Of a stretch of 64,000 nt of DNA, positions 1 through 11,884 are shown piece by piece. A program made the position numbers and the translations under genes. Location of the stretch: positions 55,310-119,309 of the forward strand of contig DATIZH010000040.1 of the NCBI GenBank assembly GCA_035517195.1, read 5' to 3'. Position 1 is the first letter of the stretch; the number at the start of each line of letters is the position of its first letter. Source of the stretch: Nitrospiria bacterium (GTDB lineage: Bacteria; Nitrospirota; Nitrospiria; JACQCE01). The notes below the pieces were generated by a model that saw only the letters and a list, made by a program, of their open reading frames with translations, ran no database searches and was not told where the DNA came from.

Positions 1-292
1 GCTGGCCGGCGTGCTGGCCTGGTGGGTGCCAGGCAGCCGAGACGTTGTCAACGGCATGGAGGTCGATCCTCCCGAGGAGGACCGGGACGATCTGGTCGTC
101 GAGGCGGTTCGCATCGTGCTGGAAAAGGATCCGTTCATTCAAGCGGATCAGATTCACGTCAGCGCCAGAAACGACGTGGTCACCTTGAGCGGCGTAGTCC
201 GGACGGACACGGAGAAGCGGATGGCCGAGCACGACGCCTGGTACGTCTTCGGAGTCGACGGGGTTGTCAACGAGCTGGACGTGCGGCCGTGA
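1..292 (+). CDS. BON-domain protein, 5'-partial (continues upstream of window)
   Basis: ORF 11..292 translation has BON-like motif (IQADQIHVSARNDVVTLSGVVRTDTEKRMAEHDAWYVFGVDGVVNEL); frame open to window edge. Confidence 0.45.
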   Translation, partial: LAGVLAWWVPGSRDVVNGMEVDPPEEDRDDLVVEAVRIVLEKDPFIQADQIHVSARNDVVTLSGVVRTDTEKRMAEHDAWYVFGVDGVVNELDVRP

Positions 293-526
293 GCGGGTGG
301 GCATGCGGTCTGGCGCATGGAGCGGTGCGACACGAAGACTCTGGTTTTGCCAGGGGGCATCTATGGTAGGATGGTGCCCGATTGACGGAAACGGTCGCGA
401 GGCCGCCGTCGAACACGCCATGCCTCGGCATGACAGACGGCCCGTCATCTGTGCGGCGCCGGGTCGAGACGAGCCGCCGAAGCTGACAACCACAACGAGT
501 ATGCACGGACAAAAGAAAGGGCTGCA

Positions 527-1045
527 ATGAGGCTGAGGGCGAAAAATAGGGGGAGGCGGGAACCGCGGAAGGAGCGCGTCCTGCACTGGCTTGGGCTGCA
601 ACGGGAGTTTGTGCACGACACCTATAAGCTGCGCGGCAAACTGCCGGAGCCGACGGTCTGCTCCCGTTGCGGGGCGGTCTATCACAGGGGCCATTGGAGT
701 TGGTCGATCAGACCGGTCAAGGCGCACGAAGCGATCTGTCCCGCCTGCCGGCGGATTGCCGACAACTATCCAGCCGGCTCGCTGCGGCTGAGCGGCCCCT
801 TTCTGAGAACGCACCGCGAGGAGCTGCTCAACGCGATCCGCCATCAGGAACGGGAGGAGAAACGGGAGCATCCGTTGAGCCGGCTGATCGGCATCAAGGA
901 GTCGAAGGACGGGGTCACGGTGACGACCACGGATATGCACCTGCCCCGCCGCATCGGCGAGGCACTGTGGCATGCCTATCACGGAGAGCTTAAACTCCAT
1001 TACGCCGAGGATGCCCGGCTGCTCCGGGTGAGCTGGAAGCGGTAG
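527..1045 (+). CDS. hypothetical Zn-ribbon protein (CxxC...CxxC) upstream of ATPase operon
   Basis: 172-aa ORF with CSRCG...CPAC cysteine pairs, basic N-terminus; no family recognised confidently. Confidence 0.4.
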   Translation: MRLRAKNRGRREPRKERVLHWLGLQREFVHDTYKLRGKLPEPTVCSRCGAVYHRGHWSWSIRPVKAHEAICPACRRIADNYPAGSLRLSGPFLRTHREELLNAIRHQEREEKREHPLSRLIGIKESKDGVTVTTTDMHLPRRIGEALWHAYHGELKLHYAEDARLLRVSWKR

Positions 1046-1056
1046 CGGACAGTTGA

Positions 1057-2919
<1,863 letters not shown>

Positions 2920-2936
<17 letters not shown>

Positions 2937-3207
2937 CGATCAGTCCCGCTTGCGTCGCGGCGTGGAGGAAGACGTCCGGCGGATGCAGAAGGCTGTCAAG
3001 GATCGCGGGACGCTGCTGGCCCAGACCGTCTACCTTGGCACCGTCGGGCTGCTCTTCGTCCTGCCGGTGGTTGGCTGCGCCTATCTTGGTTTGTGGCTCG
3101 ACGGTCTGAGCGAGCCCTATGCCAGCCGCTGGACGCCGAGCCTGATCGTACTCGGAGTCGTGGTCGGCGCGGTCAATGTCTATTACTTCATCAGGGAAAA
3201 AGGATGA
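2920..3207 (+). CDS. small membrane protein, AtpQ/AtpR (AtpI/AtpZ-like) of N-ATPase operons
   Basis: 95 aa, two predicted TM helices, located between atpC and atpB as in N-ATPase operons. Confidence 0.55.
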
Positions 3208-3881
3208 ATCCGCAGGGCGAGGGCGTCGTCGCGCAATTCGGCCCGCTCCTGATCACCGGGCCGGTCGTCACCACCTGGGGCATCATGCTGGCCCTCGGGC
3301 TGACGTCGTGGCTGGCTACGCGACAGCTGCGCGTGGAGGCGCCGGGGCTGGCGCAGTCGGTGCTGGAGGGGATCTTCGGCGCCGTCACCGATGCGATCGC
3401 CGTCGTCCTGCCGGGGCGCGTCGACCTGGTCCGGCCGTTTCTCGGCACGATGTGGATTTTTCTCGTGGTGGCGAATCTGTGCGGCGTCGTGCCGGGGTTG
3501 CACTCGCCGACGGCCGATCTCTCCGTCACGGCGGGACTGGCCGTGCTGGTGTTTTTGTCCGTGCACTGGTTCGGCCTGCGCAGCGAGGGGTTGCGCGGCT
3601 ATTTCCGCCATTATCTGGCGCCGAGCCCGGTGATGCTGCCGTTTCACGTCATCAGCGAGATCACCCGGTCGGTGGCGCTGGCCGTGCGGCTCTTCGGCAA
3701 TATCATGAGCCTGGAGCTGGCCGCCCTGCTGGTATTGCTTGTGGCGGGGTTTCTCGCGCCGATTCCCCTGCTGATGCTTCACATCGTCGAGGCGTTGATC
3801 CAGGCCTATATTTTCGGGACACTGGCGTTGATCTACATCGCCGGCGCGATTCAATCACAACAACTCACACGGGAAGCATAG
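3204..3881 (+). CDS. atpB: F-type ATPase subunit a
   Basis: Multi-TM protein with conserved stator arginine context (RLFGNIMS), ATG at 3204 in frame of ORF 3093..3881. Confidence 0.85.
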   Translation: MNPQGEGVVAQFGPLLITGPVVTTWGIMLALGLTSWLATRQLRVEAPGLAQSVLEGIFGAVTDAIAVVLPGRVDLVRPFLGTMWIFLVVANLCGVVPGLHSPTADLSVTAGLAVLVFLSVHWFGLRSEGLRGYFRHYLAPSPVMLPFHVISEITRSVALAVRLFGNIMSLELAALLVLLVAGFLAPIPLLMLHIVEALIQAYIFGTLALIYIAGAIQSQQLTREA

Positions 3882-3892
3882 GGGGGAGGAGT

Positions 3893-4159
3893 ATGACGGA
3901 GATGACGTGGTTTGTGTTGGGCTCGACGGTGGCCGCGGCCCTGGCCATCGCGCTCGGCACGATGTTTCCGGCGCTGGCGATGGGACGCGCCATCCGGGAG
4001 GCGCTCGCCTCGCTGGCCCGGCAGCCGGAATCGGAGCGAGCCATCATGCGGACGCTGATCATCGGCCTGGCCATGATCGAGTCGCTGGCGATCTACTGCC
4101 TGGTGATCGTCCTGATCATTCTGTTCAGAAATCCGCTGATCGGCTATCTGGTGAAGTGA
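3893..4159 (+). CDS. atpE: F-type ATPase subunit c (proteolipid)
   Basis: 88-aa hairpin protein, GxGxGxG-like helix 1, carboxylate E in helix 2 (MIESLAIYCLV); RBS GGGAGGAG upstream. Confidence 0.85.
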   Translation: MTEMTWFVLGSTVAAALAIALGTMFPALAMGRAIREALASLARQPESERAIMRTLIIGLAMIESLAIYCLVIVLIILFRNPLIGYLVK

Positions 4160-4227
4160 CGGCGTCCGGCTGACGGTGCGGCGGTGATGAGGACGGGGGA
4201 CATTGAGATCGGACGCGGGACGCGTCG

Positions 4228-4977
4228 ATGAATCTGGACTGGTCGACCTTTCTGCTGGAGATTATCAACTTCCTGGTCCTTGTTTGGATCCTGAAGCGGT
4301 TTCTCTACAAGCCGGTGCTGGACGTCATCGAACGGCGAAAGGCCGGCATCGCCAAAACGCTTTCCGACGCCCGGGCGATTCGCGACGGGGCGGAGGCGTT
4401 GAAGCGGCAATATAATGACAAATTGTCGGCGCTGGAGCGGGAGAAGGAGCGGGTCCGTGCGGCGCTGCAAACGGAGCTGCAAGCGGAGCGGGAGCGGCGG
4501 ATGGCGGCGCTCCGCGCGACGCTGGACGAGGAGCGCAAGAAGCACGAGGTGCTCGAGGCGCGGCGCCAGCGGGAGCACACGAGGCGGATTGAACAGGACG
4601 CCGTCGTTCACGGCGCCCGGTTCGCGGCGCGTTTGCTCGGCCGGATCGCGTCGCCGGAAGTGGAGGCGCGGCTGGCCGATCTCTTTCTGGAGGAACTGGC
4701 CCGCCAGCCCGAGGAGCGGACCCAGGCGGTTAGGCATGCCGTTCAAGGTTCTGACGAGCCGATCACGATCAGCAGCGCCTATCCGCTGGCGCCCGACCGT
4801 CGCGCCGTCGTGACGGACGCGCTGGGCAAGTGGCTCGGCCGTCAGGTCGCCTGCCGGTTTTCCGAGGACGGCGCGCAACTTGCTGGGCTGCGGGTGACGA
4901 TCGGCCCCTGGATTCTGGAAGCCGATCTTCAGCACGAACTGCGGTTATTCACCGAGTCGACCCGCGATGAACGGTAG
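4228..4977 (+). CDS. atpF: F-type ATPase subunit b (long form, no separate delta)
   Basis: N-terminal TM helix then long charged coiled-coil ([28 protein letters not shown]...), 249 aa. Confidence 0.8.
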   Translation: MNLDWSTFLLEIINFLVLVWILKRFLYKPVLDVIERRKAGIAKTLSDARAIRDGAEALKRQYNDKLSALEREKERVRAALQTELQAERERRMAALRATLDEERKKHEVLEARRQREHTRRIEQDAVVHGARFAARLLGRIASPEVEARLADLFLEELARQPEERTQAVRHAVQGSDEPITISSAYPLAPDRRAVVTDALGKWLGRQVACRFSEDGAQLAGLRVTIGPWILEADLQHELRLFTESTRDER

Positions 4978-6469
4978 TCACGACGCGCCGACGGCGCCGA
5001 TGGCTGATGACCGGCAGCCCCTGGCCCGGCAGCGGCGCTGGCTTGAGGAATACCAACCGGGGCTTCGGGTCTCAGAAGAAGGCCGTGTGCTTTCCGTCGG
5101 CGACGGCGTCGCCTGGATCCACGGCCTGCCGTCGGCGGCCATCGACGATCTGCTGGGGTTCCGGGATGGCAGCCGCGGCCTTGTTTTTCATCTCGGCCGT
5201 GAGCTGGTGGGGGCCGTCCTGCTGCACCAGGGCGCGCAACTGACCGCGGGCACGACCGCGGTCCTGTCCGGGCGGCGTCTGAGCCTTCCGGTCGGCGACG
5301 CCCTGCTCGGCCGGGTGATTGATCCGCTGGGCGCGCCGCTTGACGGCCTGCCCGCGCCGGAGTGCGCGGCCAGCCAGCCGCTGGACGTCCTGTCTCCGCC
5401 GATCATCGACCGGGATTTTGTGCGGGAGCCGCTGCTGACGGGCAATACGATCGTCGACACGATGATCCCGATCGGCAAGGGGCAGCGGCAGCTGCTCATC
5501 GGCGACGACGGGCTGGGCAAAAGTTCATTGGCCCTGGACACGGTGATCAACCAGCGCGGCAAGGATGTCCGGTGCGTCTACGTGCTGATCGGGCAGAAAC
5601 GGTCGACGGCAGTCGGCACGATCGAGACGCTGCGCGAAGCCGGCGCCATGGCCTATACGACCATTGTCGCGGCCGAAGCGACGGACCAACCAGGCCTGAA
5701 ATATCTGGCCCCGTTCGCCGGCTGCGCGGTGGCGGAGTGGTGGATGCACCACGGGCTGGACACCCTGGTCATCTACGATGATCTGACGACGCACGCCCAG
5801 ACCTACCGGGAGCTGTCGCTGCTGCTCCGCCATCCGCCCGGTCGTGAGGCCTACCCCGCGGACATTTTCTCCCTCCACGCGCGGCTCCTGGAGCGGGCGA
5901 CCCATCTGGCCGCTTCCGCCGGCGGCGGGAGCATGACGGCATTGCCGATCATCCAGACGAAGGAGGGGGAGATTGCCGCCTATATCCCCACCAACCTCAT
6001 TTCCATCACCGATGGACAGATCTACTTCAGCAGGGAGTTGTTCGTGGCGGGCTACTTGCCGGCGATCGACGTGACCCGGTCGGTGTCCCGGATCGGCGGC
6101 CGGGCGCAGAACGACCAGATCAAGCGCGAGGCCGGCCGCATGAAGCTGGACTATCTGCAGTTTCTCGACCTGCTGGTCTTCACGCGCTTCGGCACCAAAC
6201 TCGAGCCGGCGATGGAGTACAGAATCAAGCGGGGTACCGTCCTGCGGGAACTGTTCAAGCAGGAGCGGCTGTCCCCCTTGCCCGTCGAGTTTCACCTGGC
6301 CTGGTTGATCGCCTTCAACGAGGGACTGTTCGACGCCGTCGCCCCCGCCGACGTCCCCACCCGCCTCCACCATCTCCGGGACGAATTGAGCCGCGGAGAT
6401 CTTGGCCTGCATGCCGATCGGGAGCGCTGGGTCGCCGCCGTCACGAAGTGGCTTCGGCCGTCGCCGTGA
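4967..6469 (+). CDS. atpA: F-type ATPase alpha subunit
   Basis: Walker A GDDGLGKS, alpha-subunit architecture, 500 aa; overlaps atpF end. Confidence 0.9.
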   Translation: MNGSHDAPTAPMADDRQPLARQRRWLEEYQPGLRVSEEGRVLSVGDGVAWIHGLPSAAIDDLLGFRDGSRGLVFHLGRELVGAVLLHQGAQLTAGTTAVLSGRRLSLPVGDALLGRVIDPLGAPLDGLPAPECAASQPLDVLSPPIIDRDFVREPLLTGNTIVDTMIPIGKGQRQLLIGDDGLGKSSLALDTVINQRGKDVRCVYVLIGQKRSTAVGTIETLREAGAMAYTTIVAAEATDQPGLKYLAPFAGCAVAEWWMHHGLDTLVIYDDLTTHAQTYRELSLLLRHPPGREAYPADIFSLHARLLERATHLAASAGGGSMTALPIIQTKEGEIAAYIPTNLISITDGQIYFSRELFVAGYLPAIDVTRSVSRIGGRAQNDQIKREAGRMKLDYLQFLDLLVFTRFGTKLEPAMEYRIKRGTVLRELFKQERLSPLPVEFHLAWLIAFNEGLFDAVAPADVPTRLHHLRDELSRGDLGLHADRERWVAAVTKWLRPSP

Positions 6470-7335
6470 GCGGCCGCCGTCAGTTGCAGGAGCAGCTCGC
6501 GATGCTCCGGGAACTGCGCGAGGTGATGACGGCGATGAAGAATATTTCCCAGATCGAAACCCACCGGCTGAGACGGTTTCTCTCCACACAGCGGATGGTG
6601 GTCGACAGCGCCCAACGGATGGCGGCGGACTTTTTGTCCCACTGGCCCCAGCCGCTTCAACCACCGGCGAACGCACCGGTCGTCTGCCTCGTGGTCGGCT
6701 CCGAGCGGGGCTTTTGCGGCGATTTCAACGTGGCGGTGCGCCGCGCCCTGGACGGGGAGTTTGGCGCGTCGACAGAGCGGCGGGCGGTGGTGATGCCGAT
6801 GGGGAGGAAGTTGTCCGTCAAGCTGGAAGGAGACGCCCGGGTTGACGTCTCGCTGGAGAGCCCCAGCGTGGCCGATGAAGTGCAGACGGTGCTCGTTCGA
6901 CTGGTTGACGCGTTGGGCGCCCTGCAGATCATGGGCGAACCGTTTTCACCGCTGTCGCTGGTGGTCATCCACCATGAGTGGCAGGATCAGAGTAGCCGCG
7001 TCTGCATCCGCCGCCCGTTGCAATCACTAGGCGTGCAGGGGCGGAGATACGCTCTGCCCCCCGTGCTCAACCTGACCCCCGAGCGGATGTTCGCCGAGCT
7101 GGTCCACTATTATTTGTTCGCCGACTTGCAGGGTATCCTGTATCAATCATTGATGGCGGAGCACCAGCATCGGCTGCAGCATCTGGACGGCGCCATCCTC
7201 AGGCTGGACCGGCAGTGCGCGGAATTGACGCGAAGAGGGTACGCCCTTCGTCAAGAGGAGATCACCGAAGAGATCGAGTTGATTCTGTTGAGCGCCGAGA
7301 TGTTTGGGAACGAGGACGTCCCCGCGCGAGGCTGA
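6448..7335 (+). CDS. atpG: F-type ATPase gamma subunit
   Basis: 295 aa, gamma-like N- and C-terminal helices (…[18 protein letters not shown]), follows atpA with overlap. Confidence 0.85.
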   Translation: MASAVAVSGRRQLQEQLAMLRELREVMTAMKNISQIETHRLRRFLSTQRMVVDSAQRMAADFLSHWPQPLQPPANAPVVCLVVGSERGFCGDFNVAVRRALDGEFGASTERRAVVMPMGRKLSVKLEGDARVDVSLESPSVADEVQTVLVRLVDALGALQIMGEPFSPLSLVVIHHEWQDQSSRVCIRRPLQSLGVQGRRYALPPVLNLTPERMFAELVHYYLFADLQGILYQSLMAEHQHRLQHLDGAILRLDRQCAELTRRGYALRQEEITEEIELILLSAEMFGNEDVPARG

Positions 7336-7510
7336 TTTGCGGCCTGCGGTCCGGCGGCTCAGCGCCGATCAGTTGACTGCGTGGAGCGGAAGTGCGCGGG
7401 ATGGTTGTTGGCGCTCGCGGGTCTCACGTCCCTCGATGGCCGTCAGATGAACTCCGTGGGTGCATTCTCACAGCGTTATTCATTCGTGAATCTTCCCCGG
7501 CGATCGCACG

Positions 7511-10500
7511 TTAGGGGATCAACTTCTTGGGCATGAGCGGCTCCATCACTGTGAACGGAAGACTCAATGTGCGGCTCATCAGGCCGATCACTTCATCCGA
7601 GACCGCGGAGGGTGGGATCGAGGTGAATTTCGGATTGTCGATGGGACCGCTGACGCGAATCGGGATGCTGACCACCGAGTCGCCCAGGATCGTGCCCAAC
7701 AGCGGAATTTTCTTCACCAAGGACGCGACCGTGGTAAACGGGGTCGCCAGGACGATGACATCCATGGTCCGATCTGCCAATGTGATCGAGCCCTTGCCAG
7801 CCAGATCGATCGTGGGGCTGATCAGGACCGCTTCGTTCAGCGTCACGAGGCCGTGTCGGACGATCCCACGGAGGACAATCGACGCATAAGGCACGCCCTC
7901 TTCGCCGGGATCGGGAAAACTGCCACGCAACAGTTCGGTGAGATTCAGATAGGACAGGATCCGGACGGTGAGGGAATTTTGATACAGCCGTCCTTCCGTC
8001 GCGGTGAAGGCGAACTGTCCCTGGAGCTTGTCAAGCAGTGACTGACCGGCCCCGGCCGCGTCGAGGCGGCCCGCGAGATCGAACGCGCCGGTCATCCGCT
8101 TCTCATCTCCTGAGAGGCAGGCCATGCTGGCTCTCAGGTCCTGCCGCCTGGCTTCGGGGTGAAAATCAAGACCGACCCTGTCAGGCGCGATCGTGACACG
8201 GCCCGTTACATTCACACCGCAGATCACGGCCTCTTTGACGGTAATGCGGGTGATGCCCTCCTTCACGATGATGTCGGCCCGAGCCGGTGCCGCGGTCCAT
8301 CCCCCGGCGGAGAAATAGTCGGTCGAGACGTGAATGGCGGCTTCAACGGCGGACAGAGGCCGATCATGCGTGGCCGGATGATCGTGAGTGGACTGTGAAG
8401 CCAAGAGCGCCCGAAGCGGCTCCCACTCCAGCCCATCGGAATGCACCGTGAGCTGCCAACCATCCGGTGACGCCGTCACATGCCCCGTCACGGTGTGGAC
8501 TGTCGCATCCAGGGCGATAACCAGAGGGTTGAACGTCAGGGTGCGATTGGCTGCGCTCACGACGAACCGGTTGATGATCACGGGACGTTCAAAGGCGACC
8601 GGCGGGATCAGCCGTTCCCCATCGAGCCGGCCTTTCACGGTCGATTCCATCGGGTGATCGAGCACGATGTGGGCGGTGAACTCACCCCGCACCCATCTGA
8701 GATGAAGCCGCTCATGTGCAAAGAGCGTGTTCAGGCTGGTCTGAGTGAGACGTCCGGAAAACCTGAGATCCATGCGGTTGTGCGCGAGGGAGAACGCGAG
8801 CGTCGCGTGGGATTCCGCGTCTCGAACGCGGAGGGATTTCACGTCGAGTCGGTCGGGGGTGCGCACCGCCTCAAAGGCGAGAGTCGGCCCCTCCTTCACG
8901 GCGGCCGTTCCCTCAAGGCTGACCGTACCGTTTCGATCCCACAGAAGACGGGTTTGAGACAGGGTGACCGGAGTGCGCAGGGCCCATTCAGGCGGCAGGG
9001 ATGTCAATGATCTGAGCCATGCCATCGCAGTCGGTCCGATCGTCGCCCTCGCAGTCAGTGCCGCCGCGTGTGGTGCCGTCCTGTCCTGAGAGACGGTCCC
9101 GGACGCGACGACCGAGGCGTCGAGAAGCCGCGCGTTGGCCTCGGAGATGAGGATCGTAGGCGGGTGCACTTCAAACCGCTTGACGTTGAACTCGACCGGT
9201 CCCGGCAGCCCCTTGTGGCCGACAAGCACGCCTTGCACGCCGCCGGTCAGCGTCGCCCGGCTTCCATCCGACTGCAGTGACAGGACGGCGCGAACCCGGC
9301 GGGCCCTCCACCCGTCGGCCGTGAGATAGCGTGTGTCGATCCGGACGGTCGCCCGCACGGGCGGGTATGGGCGGGGTGCCGGCGGGCGGTTCCCCGGCGG
9401 GGTCCCTCCATTGTGAGCGAACAGCGCCTGCAACGGCTCCCATTCCATCCCATCCGATTTCAGATCCAGCTGCCAGCGATCAGGAGCAGCGGTCGCGATC
9501 GCCTTCACCGTGTGCGTGTGGCCTCCCCACGTCAGGGTAAGTGGATTGAGCGTGACGGTGCGACCGTCGGCCCGCAGGATGATGCGGTTGATTGTCACGG
9601 GAGTGTTCGGCGAGACAGGCAGCAGAAGCCGCTCGCCTTCAAGCCGGCCGCTTGCCGTCGACTCCAGAGGCCGATCGGGCACGACGTGGGCTGTGAGCCC
9701 CCCCTGCACCCAGCCAAACTGGAACCGTTCGTGTTCAAAGAGGGTGTTGAGGCTGGCCTGAGTGAGGCGACCCGAAAAGCTGAGATCGGCGCTGTCGTGC
9801 CCGAGCGAGAACGAAATCGTGGCGTTCGACTCCGCGTCCCGAATGCGCAGCGCCTTCAGGGTCATCTGTTCCGGCGTGCGCGTCAGTTCAAATGCCAGGG
9901 TCAGGCCTTTCTGTACCGAGGCGGAGCCCTCCAGTTGAAACGCGCCGTCAAAGTTCCATCGAACCCGGGTCGAGGAAAACAGGACGGGGGCATGGATGGT
10001 CACCTCGGGTGGCAAGGACGACAGGGTGTCGAGCCACCGGATTGCGTCCGGCCCGACGGTCCCGCCCAGCGAGAGATCCATCGACCGTCCCGCAGTCAGA
10101 TAGTCGTCGATCAGGACGGTGCCGACGGTGAACGACGCATCGAGCAGCCGCACCTCGGCGCCGGAACACGAGACCGTCCGGGGGAGCAGGTCGCATCGCT
10201 TGATGGCGAAGTGGACCGTGTCCGGCAGCGAATCCTTCTTCATCAGGTCGCCTTGCAGAGCGCCCACAAACCTGAAGTCCGGCAAGGCGGAGAGGGCGCG
10301 CCGTTCGGTTTCTGCCGGGGGGGGATTGACGGTGATCTGCGCGTCCAGATGATCAAGCGCCCATTGCGGTGTCCCCCGGCCCGCGGCGGCCACTCGCCCC
10401 TGATGGACGGCAATGACGCCATCAGGCATGCGGCTGGCGATCGCGCCCAATATGCTCCCCACCGTCTGGCCTGGCGTGGGACCCGTTGATGGCGGCTGCC

Positions 10501-10960
10501 CGGTTGATCCGGTTCGCGTTGACGCAGTCAGCTCGACAGTCGGATGATCAAGCCCCACCTTGGAGAGGCGCACGGCGCCACGAAGGAGAGGCGGGAGCGT
10601 CGCGGAGAGGTCGAGGCGCGAAATGGACACCGAGGCAATTCCCGGAATGGTCAATCGGATTCCCGTGACGGCGGCGGTGGGACGGGGCAGCAGCGACAAC
10701 CGTACCCGTTCATACTCGAGTTGCCCGCCGACCATCCGCGAAGCGGCGGCCTCAATGCGGGTTTTGACAGCCGGTTGATTCATGAGCCATGGGGCGAGTC
10801 CGATAAAGATGGCCATGCCGGCCAGCAACACCGCGCAGGCGCACAGCAGCCAGAAGGCGGATTTTCTCACCCCCGTGTTCCCGTGAGCTGATGCCAGTGC
10901 CGGCGCATGTGGTGGTTCATGATCGGGTGGGTACGTTGGATCTGCGCGAGCGCCATTCAC
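7511..10960 (-). CDS. AsmA-family outer-membrane biogenesis protein with internal ~330-aa tandem duplication
   Basis: 1149 aa, N-terminal TM anchor, AsmA-like C-terminal region (…GKGSITLADRTMDVIV…PIRVSGPIDNPKF), two highly similar internal repeats visible by eye. Confidence 0.7.
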   Translation of the reverse strand: MNGARADPTYPPDHEPPHAPALASAHGNTGVRKSAFWLLCACAVLLAGMAIFIGLAPWLMNQPAVKTRIEAAASRMVGGQLEYERVRLSLLPRPTAAVTGIRLTIPGIASVSISRLDLSATLPPLLRGAVRLSKVGLDHPTVELTASTRTGSTGQPPSTGPTPGQTVGSILGAIASRMPDGVIAVHQGRVAAAGRGTPQWALDHLDAQITVNPPPAETERRALSALPDFRFVGALQGDLMKKDSLPDTVHFAIKRCDLLPRTVSCSGAEVRLLDASFTVGTVLIDDYLTAGRSMDLSLGGTVGPDAIRWLDTLSSLPPEVTIHAPVLFSSTRVRWNFDGAFQLEGSASVQKGLTLAFELTRTPEQMTLKALRIRDAESNATISFSLGHDSADLSFSGRLTQASLNTLFEHERFQFGWVQGGLTAHVVPDRPLESTASGRLEGERLLLPVSPNTPVTINRIILRADGRTVTLNPLTLTWGGHTHTVKAIATAAPDRWQLDLKSDGMEWEPLQALFAHNGGTPPGNRPPAPRPYPPVRATVRIDTRYLTADGWRARRVRAVLSLQSDGSRATLTGGVQGVLVGHKGLPGPVEFNVKRFEVHPPTILISEANARLLDASVVASGTVSQDRTAPHAAALTARATIGPTAMAWLRSLTSLPPEWALRTPVTLSQTRLLWDRNGTVSLEGTAAVKEGPTLAFEAVRTPDRLDVKSLRVRDAESHATLAFSLAHNRMDLRFSGRLTQTSLNTLFAHERLHLRWVRGEFTAHIVLDHPMESTVKGRLDGERLIPPVAFERPVIINRFVVSAANRTLTFNPLVIALDATVHTVTGHVTASPDGWQLTVHSDGLEWEPLRALLASQSTHDHPATHDRPLSAVEAAIHVSTDYFSAGGWTAAPARADIIVKEGITRITVKEAVICGVNVTGRVTIAPDRVGLDFHPEARRQDLRASMACLSGDEKRMTGAFDLAGRLDAAGAGQSLLDKLQGQFAFTATEGRLYQNSLTVRILSYLNLTELLRGSFPDPGEEGVPYASIVLRGIVRHGLVTLNEAVLISPTIDLAGKGSITLADRTMDVIVLATPFTTVASLVKKIPLLGTILGDSVVSIPIRVSGPIDNPKFTSIPPSAVSDEVIGLMSRTLSLPFTVMEPLMPKKLIP

Positions 10961-11055
10961 CGGGGTGTAGACGGTTGCGGCTCGCGTTTGTGCGGGATTC
11001 TACAGAAGCCAAATTTCCTTGGCAAGCGGGTACCGGCTGGTTGCGGATGAATGGC

Positions 11056-11097
11056 CCCGCAATACAATGGGCGAGACTTCCGTCTCGCCCATTGTAT

Positions 11098-11104
<7 letters not shown>
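11056..11104. terminator. perfect 23-bp inverted repeat overlapping the 3' end of tRNA-fMet
   Basis: ccccgcaatacaatgggcgagac ttcc gtctcgcccattgtattgcgggg: right arm includes tRNA acceptor 3' strand CCCCGCA. Confidence 0.5.
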
Positions 11105-11170
<66 letters not shown>

Positions 11171-11283
11171 AACCACATCGTAACAGAGCGCTTCTTGGAG
11201 TGTCAAGGCGGTTGATTTTACGAGGGAAGCGTGTCAGAATGACGACGCTGCGCGATGGATCGAGGGAGTCGCGGTCGAGCCTG

Positions 11284-11850
11284 ATGAAGCGGACAATTGT
11301 TGAATACCCCGAAGCGGTGCTGCGTCAACCCGCCAGACCGGTGGAACGAGTGGACGCCGAGGTCGAACGGCTCATCGATGACATGATCGAAACCATGTAT
11401 GATGCCCCGGGCGTCGGTCTGGCCGCGCCTCAGATTGGTGTGCCGCTGCGAGTGTTCGTCTATGACATCGGCCACGCCGAAGGCCAGCGGCAACCCAACG
11501 TGTTGATCAATCCGGTGATTCTCGAACGGCGGGGCACGCAATCGGACGACGAGGGATGCTTGAGCGTGCCCGACTATCGTGTGGTGGTGTCCCGGGCCAA
11601 TTGGGTGAAGATCCAGGGAATGGATCGCTCCCGGTCAGTGGTCACGTTGGAGGGGGAGGGGCTGCTGGCCCGCCTGTTCCAGCACGAGACGGACCATTTG
11701 AACGGCCGCCTGCTGATCGACCGGATCAGCAGCCTGAAACGGAACATGTTTCTCAGGCGCTACCGGAAACGATTGCGGTCGATGCACGAGCACGACCAGA
11801 CCTGCGACCACGACCATGATGAGCTGGAAAAGTCGGCCGGTGCGCCGTAA
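11284..11850 (+). CDS. def: peptide deformylase with His/Asp-rich C-terminal tail
   Basis: Motifs GVGLAAPQIG, EGCLSVPD, HETDHLNG; start chosen at ATG 11284 (MKRTIVEYPEAVL) since upstream ORF part overlaps tRNA. Confidence 0.85.
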   Translation: MKRTIVEYPEAVLRQPARPVERVDAEVERLIDDMIETMYDAPGVGLAAPQIGVPLRVFVYDIGHAEGQRQPNVLINPVILERRGTQSDDEGCLSVPDYRVVVSRANWVKIQGMDRSRSVVTLEGEGLLARLFQHETDHLNGRLLIDRISSLKRNMFLRRYRKRLRSMHEHDQTCDHDHDELEKSAGAP

Positions 11851-11884
11851 GGCGGCGCTCGGCGACTGATACCCCTTCCTTCAG

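Noticed and set aside
3176-4159. 327-aa ORF spanning atpB and atpE in another frame
   Set aside because: Gly/Arg/Ala-rich translation with no features. The real genes (a and c subunits) occupy the region in other frames with conserved motifs.
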